DNA of 60,974 nt, taken from IMG/VR virus record IMGVR_UViG_3300043775_003665, positions 1-60,974 of that record; one strand, written 5' to 3'. This document shows positions 20,769-30,446 of this stretch, in pieces; position 1 is the first letter of the stretch, and the number at the start of each line of letters is the position of its first letter. A model generated the notes under the pieces. It had not been told where the DNA came from and searched no databases. It saw only the letters and a list, made by a program, of their open reading frames with translations. The DNA is from a virus. Taxonomy: Duplodnaviria; Caudoviricetes. A program made the position numbers and the translations under genes.

Positions 20769-23639
20769 TTAAATGATTTTTAATATATTTTTATTTATTG
20801 TGTTTTTATTTCCATTAACGTCTGTCAATTCTAATTCAATAGTATAGTCGCCTTTATGTTTGAATAAGTATGTCAGCCATGTATTACTATAATATATATC
20901 ATTTACATTCTCATTATTATTTTTAAGAGTCCATTTTTGAGCAACAATTCCAGGCATATTTGTAATGTCATAAGAGAATGTAACATGATTTAATCTTTTA
21001 ACCTCCATGTGACTATCGATAACACATAAATCTTGATAGTCCGGATTAAAACTTTCAAAATGAGTTTCAGATTCATCTAGTATTTTTCCACCTATTGGAT
21101 TATTAAATCCAACACTAAAATAGTCATGTGTTCTTGCAGCTTCTTCAGCAACTGCTAAAATATAGGTACATATATCTTCAGTTCCATCAGTTCCAGCAAT
21201 ATCTAAATCAATTAATATCGGGTTATAATTAAATTTAGTTATTATTGGATGTTCTGATGGATCTAATTGAGAAAGTTCATTTGCAACAGCATTCCATGCT
21301 ATTAAATCATTAATGCCGTTAGGGTATGTTGATTGAATCTGATATGAATCTGTAATTAATAAATTTGAATCAACATCATATTGTGTTATATAAAAGTTAT
21401 ATCCATTATTATATCCATTAGATCGTAATAAATCTATCTTAAAAGATGAATTTATATCGCCACCGACTCTCATCATGTTCCAATTGATCTCTTCTCCATC
21501 TTCCCATAGCTGAGTTCTTAACTCTCTCCATTGATATGGTCCTGGAGTTTCATTAAAGCCAGTTGCCGTAGCCGGATCAATATATCTTCTTACTAGTGAA
21601 AATTCTGGACCATCCTCTTCATCGTGTATATAGTTGGCACGATCTAAAGTTAAATAATATGTTGCAATAATATCATCAACTTCCTTTGTATTCTCTCTAG
21701 CCCAATCCCAGTCACTACCTGCAACATCATAAGAGTACTTGTACTCATTCCAATTTAATTGAGGCAGCATTTTTTGGAATATTCCGTAAACTTCAACATT
21801 TTTATTTTTAACTTCAAAATAATCAGGCTTTCTATAAGAACTTCGCACATTATATAGGTCAAATATAGACAATTCAACCGAATATATCCCAGAGTAGGGA
21901 AGTACTATTGGAAATTTTTGGTACTCTGGATGAAAAACTCCAGTACTATCATAATAACCAACGCCTCCTCTAAAAGATTTTGAATAACCTCTAGGTCCAA
22001 GTATTGTCCATTCCATTTCATAGATTCCTTGTCTCCACCAATTATTCCATTGTAATAGATTGTAAGGGTCATTTGCCTTTAACAAATCATAATAATTTAT
22101 TGATGGATTTATGGGATCTTTAAAATCATTCTTAAAATTATTTACCCCATAAGGACCTGCATATTCTTTTCCTGCATCTATCCATGTAAATTTAGCAGAA
22201 TCCCAACTTCCTATGAACGAGTCTGCATTTAAAATAACAGGGCATCCTACTGGAATTCCAGCAAGCGTATTAAAACTTGACAAGTCTTCGATATAGTATC
22301 CATCATAGAAATTTATTATAGATTCTGAAATCTCTTCCCTGTTCGTATTACTAAGTGCTGAAAAATCTTGATCAATTCCAGTCAATCTCCAATCAACTTT
22401 TCTTAAGTCTTCAATATACAACTGTCTCTCTTTAGGATAGCGACTAAAATCAACCTCTTGTCCAGCAGTTTGGTCTTTAATAGAGTGTTGATTATTCCAA
22501 ACGTTTAAATTAAATTGTGCAAAATAATCACCTTCTCCTGTAATGTCTACAATTTTAGCTTGAAGTGGTAAATATTTTTCTTGTAGTTTGTTTTTAAGTC
22601 CATATAGTTTTATAAGTACCTCATCTGGACTATAATCAGTTGACTCAACTACTGTTGGAATATCCCATTCATCAACATTTCCATCAGCTTCATTTAATCT
22701 ATAAACAAGAGAAAATCTGCTAGTCTTTTTTAAATTTGAACTTGGCAGTTGGTTTCCATTATTTTTATTTGCAAGAAATCCAACAGTATCTTGATTTGGA
22801 AGGGCAATTGCTTGCAGCTTTCCAAAGTTTTCTGCCTGCTCATTAATATTCAACCAATATTCTTTGATCGTTATTTTATCATAACCATAAAAATCAATCG
22901 CATTTAGGAGAGCTTTATAAGTACCAACAAATGGCTTTATTTGAGAAGCTTGCAGTAAAAGTTCTTTTCTTTTTTGATTCATTAAAATCCAGTCTGGAGA
23001 CATCTCTAAAATGTTTGAATCTTTAAGTATTACATACTCTTCCTCAGATAGGGACATTCCCATATTTGATAGCAGAACTGATAACCTTTCATCTTCAGAT
23101 TCAGTCTCTCCATATATTCTAATACTTGCAATTAATACTTCTGCGCCGTTATCAACTATTTCATAAATATCAAGAATTCTTGTGTGATAATTATCTTCAT
23201 TACTCATAAGAGCAACATTACACTTAACAGGAATCATTGGAATATTACTATTAATAATTTTAAAACCATTAGAATGTGTTCCTATTGAAGTGCTTGAATC
23301 TAGTATTGGATATGTTTGAATTTCATCTTTTTGAATTTCAAGTATTCCATTAACGCTTTTAGCGCTGTACATAAATATGTCCTCGCTAAATTCATATCCG
23401 CTAAAAAATTTGAATTTTAATGTATTGTTAGAACTACCAGATCCGATTGGAGTGATAAACCTTTCTCCTCCTAATTCACTTTCTACTTGCTCTAATATAT
23501 AAATTGTCAGAGTCTCATATAGTCCAGTAGATACTTTCGGTAAATAACAAACACCCTCCCATATATTCGTTTCAGAATTATATAGAAGGTTTAGGTCATT
23601 TGATTCACTATCAAAAAATCTTAAATTTTGATTTGCCAT
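20769..23639 (-). CDS. Baseplate wedge protein (T4 gp7-like) with C-terminal PKD-like domain
   Basis: VGTYKALLNAIDFYGY resembles the gp7/P2-gpI motif; KGDYTIELELTD.NGN PKD-like end; lies downstream of the gp6-like gene. Confidence 0.55.
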   Translation of the reverse strand: MANQNLRFFDSESNDLNLLYNSETNIWEGVCYLPKVSTGLYETLTIYILEQVESELGGERFITPIGSGSSNNTLKFKFFSGYEFSEDIFMYSAKSVNGILEIQKDEIQTYPILDSSTSIGTHSNGFKIINSNIPMIPVKCNVALMSNEDNYHTRILDIYEIVDNGAEVLIASIRIYGETESEDERLSVLLSNMGMSLSEEEYVILKDSNILEMSPDWILMNQKRKELLLQASQIKPFVGTYKALLNAIDFYGYDKITIKEYWLNINEQAENFGKLQAIALPNQDTVGFLANKNNGNQLPSSNLKKTSRFSLVYRLNEADGNVDEWDIPTVVESTDYSPDEVLIKLYGLKNKLQEKYLPLQAKIVDITGEGDYFAQFNLNVWNNQHSIKDQTAGQEVDFSRYPKERQLYIEDLRKVDWRLTGIDQDFSALSNTNREEISESIINFYDGYYIEDLSSFNTLAGIPVGCPVILNADSFIGSWDSAKFTWIDAGKEYAGPYGVNNFKNDFKDPINPSINYYDLLKANDPYNLLQWNNWWRQGIYEMEWTILGPRGYSKSFRGGVGYYDSTGVFHPEYQKFPIVLPYSGIYSVELSIFDLYNVRSSYRKPDYFEVKNKNVEVYGIFQKMLPQLNWNEYKYSYDVAGSDWDWARENTKEVDDIIATYYLTLDRANYIHDEEDGPEFSLVRRYIDPATATGFNETPGPYQWRELRTQLWEDGEEINWNMMRVGGDINSSFKIDLLRSNGYNNGYNFYITQYDVDSNLLITDSYQIQSTYPNGINDLIAWNAVANELSQLDPSEHPIITKFNYNPILIDLDIAGTDGTEDICTYILAVAEEAARTHDYFSVGFNNPIGGKILDESETHFESFNPDYQDLCVIDSHMEVKRLNHVTFSYDITNMPGIVAQKWTLKNNNENVNDIYYSNTWLTYLFKHKGDYTIELELTDVNGNKNTINKNILKII

Positions 23640-23641
23640 TC

Positions 23642-23911
23642 TTACTTAACTTTTTTATCGTCTTTTCTAATTGTGTATGATTTGTATGCTTTTAAATATG
23701 TTACAGAATCAACCCAATCGGCGACAACATGTTGCATCATCGTAATGAAATCATACATTGTATTATTTCGTTGTATGTATTTCGATAATGAATTACTTAA
23801 TATATTTGTTCGATAATCATTACCTTCATGAAGTCTTTGGTCCATTGCTGAAAGTCGAATATCATAACTTTTTACTTTACGAACTTTAAATAAATTACTT
23901 AAAATACCCAT
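23642..23911 (-). CDS. Small hypothetical protein in the baseplate operon
   Basis: 89 aa, translationally coupled to the gp6-like gene. Confidence 0.6.
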   Translation of the reverse strand: MGILSNLFKVRKVKSYDIRLSAMDQRLHEGNDYRTNILSNSLSKYIQRNNTMYDFITMMQHVVADWVDSVTYLKAYKSYTIRKDDKKVK

Positions 23912-25731
23912 TATAATGCTTTTCTATTTTGAGCCTGAATTCTGCTGAAAATGGTGTTTGGAACTGCAGGTTCATCAAAGTAAACTGATAGCGCTGCCAT
24001 TTCTCCAACTTTAGCATCATCAAGAACTGATGCTCCATCTCTATCAGTCCATCCTCCTCTAAATAAGGCAACCTCTTCTTTCTCTAATAGAATATCTCCA
24101 AAAGAGTCCAGATTAATTACATTTTCTGGAAGTGCTGCATTTGGTTCAAAATTAACCAAGGTAGTTTGTACGTTTCTTTTAAAGAAGACATATTTTTGTT
24201 TTCCATTTCCAATATCTTCAAGAGTTGTAGTTGATGGAGTTACCGTTACTGTTTCACTTACATAATATCCTAACCTTCTTGCTGTTTCCTCTTTTTCAGA
24301 AACAAATCTCACATTAACAGAGTCGATTCCTTCGATTCCTTCTAATAGGGCAATAATATCTGACTTTGGTAAACGATCTCTACGTGTTATGTTAATTAAG
24401 TATTGAGAGATTTTTGTTCGAATTTCTCCAAACAAGTTTGTCTTATTGTACCCTTCAAAATATCTTACCTTAACGTCCATTCTAAAATATTGAACTTTAG
24501 GTTCTACAATCTTAACTTCAGTCGTTACCATTTGTCTACCTGAATTTTCTAAAGTTCTAAGGATTCCATTCTTCTCCTCTTCTGAGAAAAAGAATTCCTC
24601 TTGATGTAGATTAAAATAGTCGTTATTTTTAGTCAGTTTTCTTTTTGTGTCTGGCAACATGAATAGGTATATCACGTTGTCATCATCAATATATCCGTCA
24701 TCGGTAGTGTTGTAAGCATCTAGATATGAAAACATACCATATTTTGATAGGAATGCCTCGTAATTGTCCGGAGTTGCTAGTACAAATGAGTGACTTTGTA
24801 AAGGTGCAATTAATTTAGTAAGTTCAATATTTTCAGGATCAGAACCCATAACAGGAGCAACAGTAAACGAAGACTCTAATAATTTATTTAAGTCACACGA
24901 ATTTCCAAGAGAATCAAAACCTTCAGTTTGAAATTTAAAATTAAGGTCTTTAGAACCTGTTAAATTACCTTTGCTTCCATCTGAAATAATATATTCAATA
25001 TCGATTGTAGAACCTTCAAGTGGAATCATTCCAAAAGAACCATTACCAAAATAAATATCAAGACCTCCAGTTATTCCAGTTTTAACTAGGTATCCCTTGG
25101 TTCCAACTTGCATATCATATAATGAATCATACTTGCTCCATAATTCGCTATTAACACTAATCCGAACTGAGTCATTATCTGTTGGTTTCTTAATAATCAC
25201 GTTAAATGATTGCAGTTTTTCACCAGTACCCGTTAGTGTCTGCTTTTCAATTTTACCTTGAATAACAGGAATATAAAGATAATCTGGGCTGCTTTTTTGA
25301 ATTACAAATTGGTCATTGTTTGTTTTTAAGATATATTCTAAACCATTTTTACTTGCTTTAATTACTGAATTTGCAGGAATATTTAGTGTGTCTCCTTCAA
25401 TATCATTAAAAGCACTAGTATTTAATCTTATTTTTAATTCACCTAGGGCAGATGAACCTCTAAATGCATCATGTCCTGCAAGTCTTGCAAGTCCATATAT
25501 AGATTCTGGGTCCTGTGCTGTTAGGATATTTTGTTCAACTGTAGCATCTTCAATATAAAAGAATACTAAATTAGTAATTTCAGCTAGTACTTCAAGTATT
25601 TGAGAATATGGCGAAGCTGTTGTAAATAAATCGCTTGATCGGCCATACACTCTTGAAATATATGTTCGAGTATCGGCAATCATTTCAGTAGCCTTAATCC
25701 TGGCCTTTGATAAAAATTTTAATTCAGTCAT
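23911..25731 (-). CDS. Baseplate wedge protein (T4 gp6-like)
   Basis: EQNILTAQ..SIYGLA; IYFGNGSFGMIP..GSTIDIEYIISDGSKGN; GSDPE..I..AP..ATPDNYE, all gp6/baseplate-J hallmarks. Confidence 0.85.
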   Translation of the reverse strand: MTELKFLSKARIKATEMIADTRTYISRVYGRSSDLFTTASPYSQILEVLAEITNLVFFYIEDATVEQNILTAQDPESIYGLARLAGHDAFRGSSALGELKIRLNTSAFNDIEGDTLNIPANSVIKASKNGLEYILKTNNDQFVIQKSSPDYLYIPVIQGKIEKQTLTGTGEKLQSFNVIIKKPTDNDSVRISVNSELWSKYDSLYDMQVGTKGYLVKTGITGGLDIYFGNGSFGMIPLEGSTIDIEYIISDGSKGNLTGSKDLNFKFQTEGFDSLGNSCDLNKLLESSFTVAPVMGSDPENIELTKLIAPLQSHSFVLATPDNYEAFLSKYGMFSYLDAYNTTDDGYIDDDNVIYLFMLPDTKRKLTKNNDYFNLHQEEFFFSEEEKNGILRTLENSGRQMVTTEVKIVEPKVQYFRMDVKVRYFEGYNKTNLFGEIRTKISQYLINITRRDRLPKSDIIALLEGIEGIDSVNVRFVSEKEETARRLGYYVSETVTVTPSTTTLEDIGNGKQKYVFFKRNVQTTLVNFEPNAALPENVINLDSFGDILLEKEEVALFRGGWTDRDGASVLDDAKVGEMAALSVYFDEPAVPNTIFSRIQAQNRKAL

Positions 25732-25744
25732 CTCATTTATTTTT

Positions 25745-26098
25745 TTATATAGCGATTGTTATTCCAAACCTGTAGTCAATAGCAATATCTATCGTAACCA
25801 TATTTCTTTCAGTCATTTGCGCAAATTCAACAGTAACATGTACCGGTATTTTTGCAGCTAAAGGAACATATCGCGAAATAGCGCTTTGAACTACTCCTTG
25901 TAACATCGTATCATTGTACATAAAGGAATACACATAATCTTCAAGGTTAAGCCCAAATTCAGGGTCTCCCATCACATCACCCTTTTCGGTAAATATCAAT
26001 GTTTCGATTTGGGATATTATTAGGGCAATATCTTCATCGATTTGTAATTGATCTTCATCATAATTAGGGTCTTCTAGTGATTTTATGTACAATTCCAT
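25745..26098 (-). CDS. Baseplate wedge / sheath initiator (T4 gp25-like)
   Basis: T.KGDVMGDPEFGLNL..Y motif; 117 aa; directly upstream of the gp6-like gene. Confidence 0.85.
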   Translation of the reverse strand: MELYIKSLEDPNYDEDQLQIDEDIALIISQIETLIFTEKGDVMGDPEFGLNLEDYVYSFMYNDTMLQGVVQSAISRYVPLAAKIPVHVTVEFAQMTERNMVTIDIAIDYRFGITIAI

Positions 26099-26114
26099 AA
26101 TATTATATATTTGT

Positions 26115-26945
26115 TTAAGAATGGAACATCCAGTCGGTACCCTCGTCGCTTTTTATTTCTTCAATTAATGAAGATAGTTCCTCTTCACCAAGTCCTTTAA
26201 TTAGGTCTGGATTAATTTGAATATTTCCAGGAAGAGCAAATCCAAATATTCCAAGTTTTTGTCCTAGCGAAATTTTAATCTTTGCAGAACAATATCTAAA
26301 AAATGCTTCATCTCCAAATAGAGCGCATTCCGGAATTGTTTGGTAAACTTTTAGAATTGTATCTTTTTTAGGTGTTTCTCCTGTGAATTTTAATTCATGC
26401 GTTAGTTGACTATAATGAAAACTATAAGGATTATTAAAAATTTGTCGTGCTAAATCAAAAAACGATTCATTGATTACATAGTATTGCAAATTTTCTGCAG
26501 CCTGTCCCGTTTTAGAACCTCCATAAATTCCACCCATTAACATTCTCTCAATTGCAAAATCTCCTTGCGTAAAGTTTATATCCATACTTCCTCCCCAAGA
26601 ACTTCCTCTTTCCATGATTGCAAATACTGAAAATACTTCACCGCCACCTGTTAGGGGATTCATTGCTGGAAGAGTAAAACTTCTAGTTAATTTAAAGTGA
26701 GGGCTTTGAAACATCGCAGCTGGAATTACCAAGAAGTTTTCTTGAACTGAATACTCGTAATTTTTATAAAACCATTTCTTTGCTCTTTTAACTATATTTT
26801 GAACCTCTTGTTTTGGAAGATTCATCGGAATCATACATGAACCTGTTATGTCAGCCGCAAGTTCATCTACAAATTTATTAAAACAGTCAGTATCCCATGT
26901 CGGATCTAGTAGACTTGAATTTCCAATTGCTGTTATATCACTCAT
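26115..26945 (-). CDS. Neck protein (T4 gp13-like)
   Basis: C-terminal RYCSAKIKISLGQKLGIF..LPGNIQIN..I...GEEEL..L.EEI matches the gp13 pattern. Confidence 0.7.
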   Translation of the reverse strand: MSDITAIGNSSLLDPTWDTDCFNKFVDELAADITGSCMIPMNLPKQEVQNIVKRAKKWFYKNYEYSVQENFLVIPAAMFQSPHFKLTRSFTLPAMNPLTGGGEVFSVFAIMERGSSWGGSMDINFTQGDFAIERMLMGGIYGGSKTGQAAENLQYYVINESFFDLARQIFNNPYSFHYSQLTHELKFTGETPKKDTILKVYQTIPECALFGDEAFFRYCSAKIKISLGQKLGIFGFALPGNIQINPDLIKGLGEEELSSLIEEIKSDEGTDWMFHS

Positions 26946-26960
26946 CTTTTTATTTTATTT

Positions 26961-28253
26961 TTATATTGCTCTAGACTTAACAATTTCAACATCGTTAAAT
27001 TTAGCCAGTTTTTTATCAAACGAACCCTCTCTAAAGATTCCTCCATTCATTGTTCCTTTAAAAGTTCCTTTTCCATATACATAACAATCATGTGCGGTAC
27101 AAGTTCCATGAACATAAGAGCCATCTAATTTAGAACTATTAAGCTGTGTTGATTGGTAGAAATTACAATAATGAATATCAGAACCATTAACGTCGCATCC
27201 ATACATATCGCATTCAGTAAATTCTCCTCGTAGGAAACAACTTACAAACTCATAACCTCTAAGGTCAACACAATATTCTAGACGACCTCCATTTACTTGA
27301 ATTTTACCAGCATCTGTGTCATAGTTAATATGTCCTTTACTAAGGTCTCCGTGTGTAAATAATTTCATTACGCGTTCTTTGACTGAATTCCAGTATAGGT
27401 CAACTACTTTAGGATTGTCATCCATATCGACAGTGAACTTAACATTTTTCCAATTATCTTTAATTGTTTTCCAGTCCCTTCTAGCATCGATTATTCTTTG
27501 ATTATCTGCAACTATCTTTTTTAATTCAATTGCATTTAATTCCGTAAAGTCTGGATTTTCGGTTGATTTCCATAATTGAAGTAGGAAACGGTCAACTAAG
27601 TAGAGAATTGTAGTTGTTTTCTTTTCCCAGTCCTCTCCTCCAATATAACGAAATTCAAGATAATTTTTATGTCTTTTATCAAAATTTATCCCGTAGTATT
27701 TTGTATCAGGGTAAATAAAGTTCTGTTGATTGATATGTTTTCCATCAAAGAAATATGTGTCCTCTTTTGGTAGGATAAATTTGATAGATTTTGCGTAGGC
27801 TGAGTTTTCTCTTTTAGGAAAGAATTTGAATACTTGCTCTTCGTTAAAATCCAAAATGAACTTAAGAACATTCATCTTAGAGATACGGTACTTGTTTTCA
27901 ATTTTTGATTTATCAAATGAAAGATTTAAGTGAATCGAAGTCCTATCATTTGTATATCCATTTTCTTGAATCCATTGACAAACATTAATTATCATCAGTC
28001 TGGCTGCAGTATATGGAAGGGCTCCGGTAACCAATTCAAGAAGTTTTGCTCCACCTGACATATCAGGTTCTATTTTAAATTCATCACGAGTTACTTCAAA
28101 ATCGCTATGCGCTTTAGTCTCGACATGAATCTTTTTGCCCAATAACTTTTCAAGTTTTTTTGCAGTTTCTTCAGCGCTAAAATTTGAGTAGAACTCAAAT
28201 TCTACCCCGATTAGGGCATTCTGCAAAATATTAGATTCATTTAGATTATTCAT
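26961..28253 (-). CDS. Putative amidoligase (COOH-NH2 ligase family) with C-terminal beta-helix-like repeats
   Basis: IGVEFEF..D.S...ELVT..TNDRTSIHLNLS..KYYGINF..YLEFRYIGG motifs; short repeats rich in C, F and G at the C-terminus. Confidence 0.65.
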   Translation of the reverse strand: MNNLNESNILQNALIGVEFEFYSNFSAEETAKKLEKLLGKKIHVETKAHSDFEVTRDEFKIEPDMSGGAKLLELVTGALPYTAARLMIINVCQWIQENGYTNDRTSIHLNLSFDKSKIENKYRISKMNVLKFILDFNEEQVFKFFPKRENSAYAKSIKFILPKEDTYFFDGKHINQQNFIYPDTKYYGINFDKRHKNYLEFRYIGGEDWEKKTTTILYLVDRFLLQLWKSTENPDFTELNAIELKKIVADNQRIIDARRDWKTIKDNWKNVKFTVDMDDNPKVVDLYWNSVKERVMKLFTHGDLSKGHINYDTDAGKIQVNGGRLEYCVDLRGYEFVSCFLRGEFTECDMYGCDVNGSDIHYCNFYQSTQLNSSKLDGSYVHGTCTAHDCYVYGKGTFKGTMNGGIFREGSFDKKLAKFNDVEIVKSRAI

Positions 28254-28305
28254 TCAATTTAGATATATTAACTTAAGTTAGAGTATATATCCAAGTAAAA
28301 AATAA

Positions 28306-29094
28306 CTATACCATAGAATCTCGTTTTGCTATAAGTTTTTGAAGTGATTTGTTAACGCTTACTAACCATTGTTGTTTTGAAATAACATTAATTCGTTTCC
28401 AACTATCAATTTGAGCTTGGATGCTTCTTTCTTGTTCTTGATAGTAGGATGCTTCGTCATTATTATAATTTTTAGCAGCATCTCTTTTTACAATTTCTTT
28501 CCAAGTCGGCCATACGTAAGTACTTTTTGCCTTTAACTCATCATCTGTTAATTTAGAGTTAACTTCAAGTTTTTCTTGTTCTATTTTAATACGAATCTCG
28601 TAACTATTTATTTCTTTATTAATTTGTTCAAGCTTAGACATTTTTTTAATTTTGTCTGCGTATTCTTTAGCAATTTCATTAGCTCCAGTTTTAGGAAGAC
28701 TTGTTTTAACAATGTATCTATAATGAAGTCTTTGGATATTATGTCCTCCTGCATAAATAGCTTCAGTTTGGAAACTATAAGTAGTTTCTCCTCTTTGAAT
28801 TTGGGCATCAATTTGAATATTTCCTTTAACACTCTTACGAATATTCATTGATAACAGTGAATCGGTTGGTTGCGTATACATTTCAATAGATTTAACCATA
28901 TCATAAGTTAAATTGATTCTATCATATTCTCTGTCATACTTCGTGTATTCTTGTTTAAAAGTCTCTACAAACCATTTTTCAGTTGCAGCTAACATCTCAA
29001 CGAGTGTAGGCTCTAATGCATCTAAAATAACATTAACAATATTATCTTGTTTAGACTCATTAATGAATTGTCCATATGTTTTAAATTTGTTCAT
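28306..29094 (-). CDS. Hypothetical protein with capsid-targeting-like N-terminus (probable internal head protein)
   Basis: MNKFKTYGQFINES resembles the T4 capsid targeting sequence MKTYQEFIAE. Confidence 0.55.
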   Translation of the reverse strand: MNKFKTYGQFINESKQDNIVNVILDALEPTLVEMLAATEKWFVETFKQEYTKYDREYDRINLTYDMVKSIEMYTQPTDSLLSMNIRKSVKGNIQIDAQIQRGETTYSFQTEAIYAGGHNIQRLHYRYIVKTSLPKTGANEIAKEYADKIKKMSKLEQINKEINSYEIRIKIEQEKLEVNSKLTDDELKAKSTYVWPTWKEIVKRDAAKNYNNDEASYYQEQERSIQAQIDSWKRINVISKQQWLVSVNKSLQKLIAKRDSMV

Positions 29095-29107
29095 GTTTTA
29101 TATATCT

Positions 29108-29190
29108 GTTTTAATTATAATGTAAATATAAACAAAAAAACCCAGACTGTAAAATCTGGGTTGTTAATTTTATGTTAAAGTTATTAACAA
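29108..29190 (-). promoter_or_regulatory. Terminator-promoter cassette copy (TTTTAC-N18-TATATTTAC with embedded hairpin)
   Basis: AACCCAGA-ctgtaaaa-TCTGGGTT hairpin followed by a T-tract on the minus strand; same architecture as the copies at 44.1 and 44.4 kb. Confidence 0.7.
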
Positions 29191-30405
29191 TTATAGTTTT
29201 AAGAATACCTTTCGGGTTGCAACATCCATTCTTGTAATTTGAACCGTAATGTTATCGTTCTTAGCAAGTGACTCTACTTTGATATTATCAGGAAGCTCTG
29301 AAACGTGAAGTAATCCAACAATTCCATCTCCAACATCTACGAATACTCCGTAATCTTTAACAGATTTTATTGTACCTTTAACTTCAACTGGAAAGCTTTT
29401 GTATTTGGTAGCAACATCTGCCCATGGGTCATTAATTTCAACATGCTCTAATTGAGTCAATGTGATTTTATCGTCATTAATTATTTCTTTAATCTTAAAT
29501 TCGATAACATCGCCTGGATTAATTTCTCGGGCTTTATGTTTTCTTGCCATTTCAGGGTTTAAATCATTTGCATGAATCATTCCGGTTAAACAACCATCAA
29601 ATTCAACAAATACTCCGTATTTTGTAGAACCTGTTACGTTACCCTCTTTAGTTTCTCCAGGAGTACTTCTAAGAGCTTCAATTGCCATTGGAATAAGAGC
29701 TTGAAGATATTTTCGGTGAGAAACAATTACAGTTCCTTTTTCAGGAGAGTAACTCATCGGTACGACATACATTTGTGTGTTGATTACAGAACCAAAGTCT
29801 GCAAGTTTATTAATACCCGCAAGAGATCCTGGCATAAAGCAATCAACTCCTTGTACATTAACAAAGTATCCTCCTCCCGGAATCATACTTGTTACGGTTC
29901 CCATATAGGCAGTATTTCCAGTTTCAGCAGAAGCTAAAATTTCTCTTAGGGTAGCAGCTTTAATACCAGCTTCTACAGAACCTAATACAAATCCTCTAGT
30001 ACTTTTACTTTTTTCTGCGGTAATTTCAACTGCAATTTCAGTTCCAGGAACTAATCGTGCTCTTGAGATTGCAGATTCTTTTGACAATTGGACATACACC
30101 ATTTCACGATATCCAATATCGATAGATGCCCATTCCATGTCTACTGCGTACACTTTACCAGTGTGCATTTCTCCAGCATGTATTACATGTGTTTGATTGT
30201 TTTCACTCCAGTGACTTTCCATTAAATTAAGAAGTTCTTGAGCATATGGTTCTCTTGAATAAACCTTAACACCGTCTGGCGCTTTTACATGGTGGTTTAT
30301 TTTTCTAAGAGTAGATGGGCAATCTGCAGAATACAAATCCCAATCGAAGTTAGAGATATCGCTAGATTGATTCTCTGTTTGTTTAGTTAAAACGTCTTGT
30401 GACAT
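29191..30405 (-). CDS. rpsA: Phage-encoded 30S ribosomal protein S1 homologue (4 S1 domains)
   Basis: Four S1/OB repeats (e.g. FMPGS; GNVTGSTKYGVFVEF..GMIH; GTIKSVKDYGVFVDVGDGIVGLLHVSEL); N-terminal NFDWDLY motif like Bacteroidota S1. Confidence 0.85.
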   Translation of the reverse strand: MSQDVLTKQTENQSSDISNFDWDLYSADCPSTLRKINHHVKAPDGVKVYSREPYAQELLNLMESHWSENNQTHVIHAGEMHTGKVYAVDMEWASIDIGYREMVYVQLSKESAISRARLVPGTEIAVEITAEKSKSTRGFVLGSVEAGIKAATLREILASAETGNTAYMGTVTSMIPGGGYFVNVQGVDCFMPGSLAGINKLADFGSVINTQMYVVPMSYSPEKGTVIVSHRKYLQALIPMAIEALRSTPGETKEGNVTGSTKYGVFVEFDGCLTGMIHANDLNPEMARKHKAREINPGDVIEFKIKEIINDDKITLTQLEHVEINDPWADVATKYKSFPVEVKGTIKSVKDYGVFVDVGDGIVGLLHVSELPDNIKVESLAKNDNITVQITRMDVATRKVFLKL

Positions 30406-30446
30406 TGTTTTTATTTTAAAAGGTTAATAAGTTATATATTTGTTTT

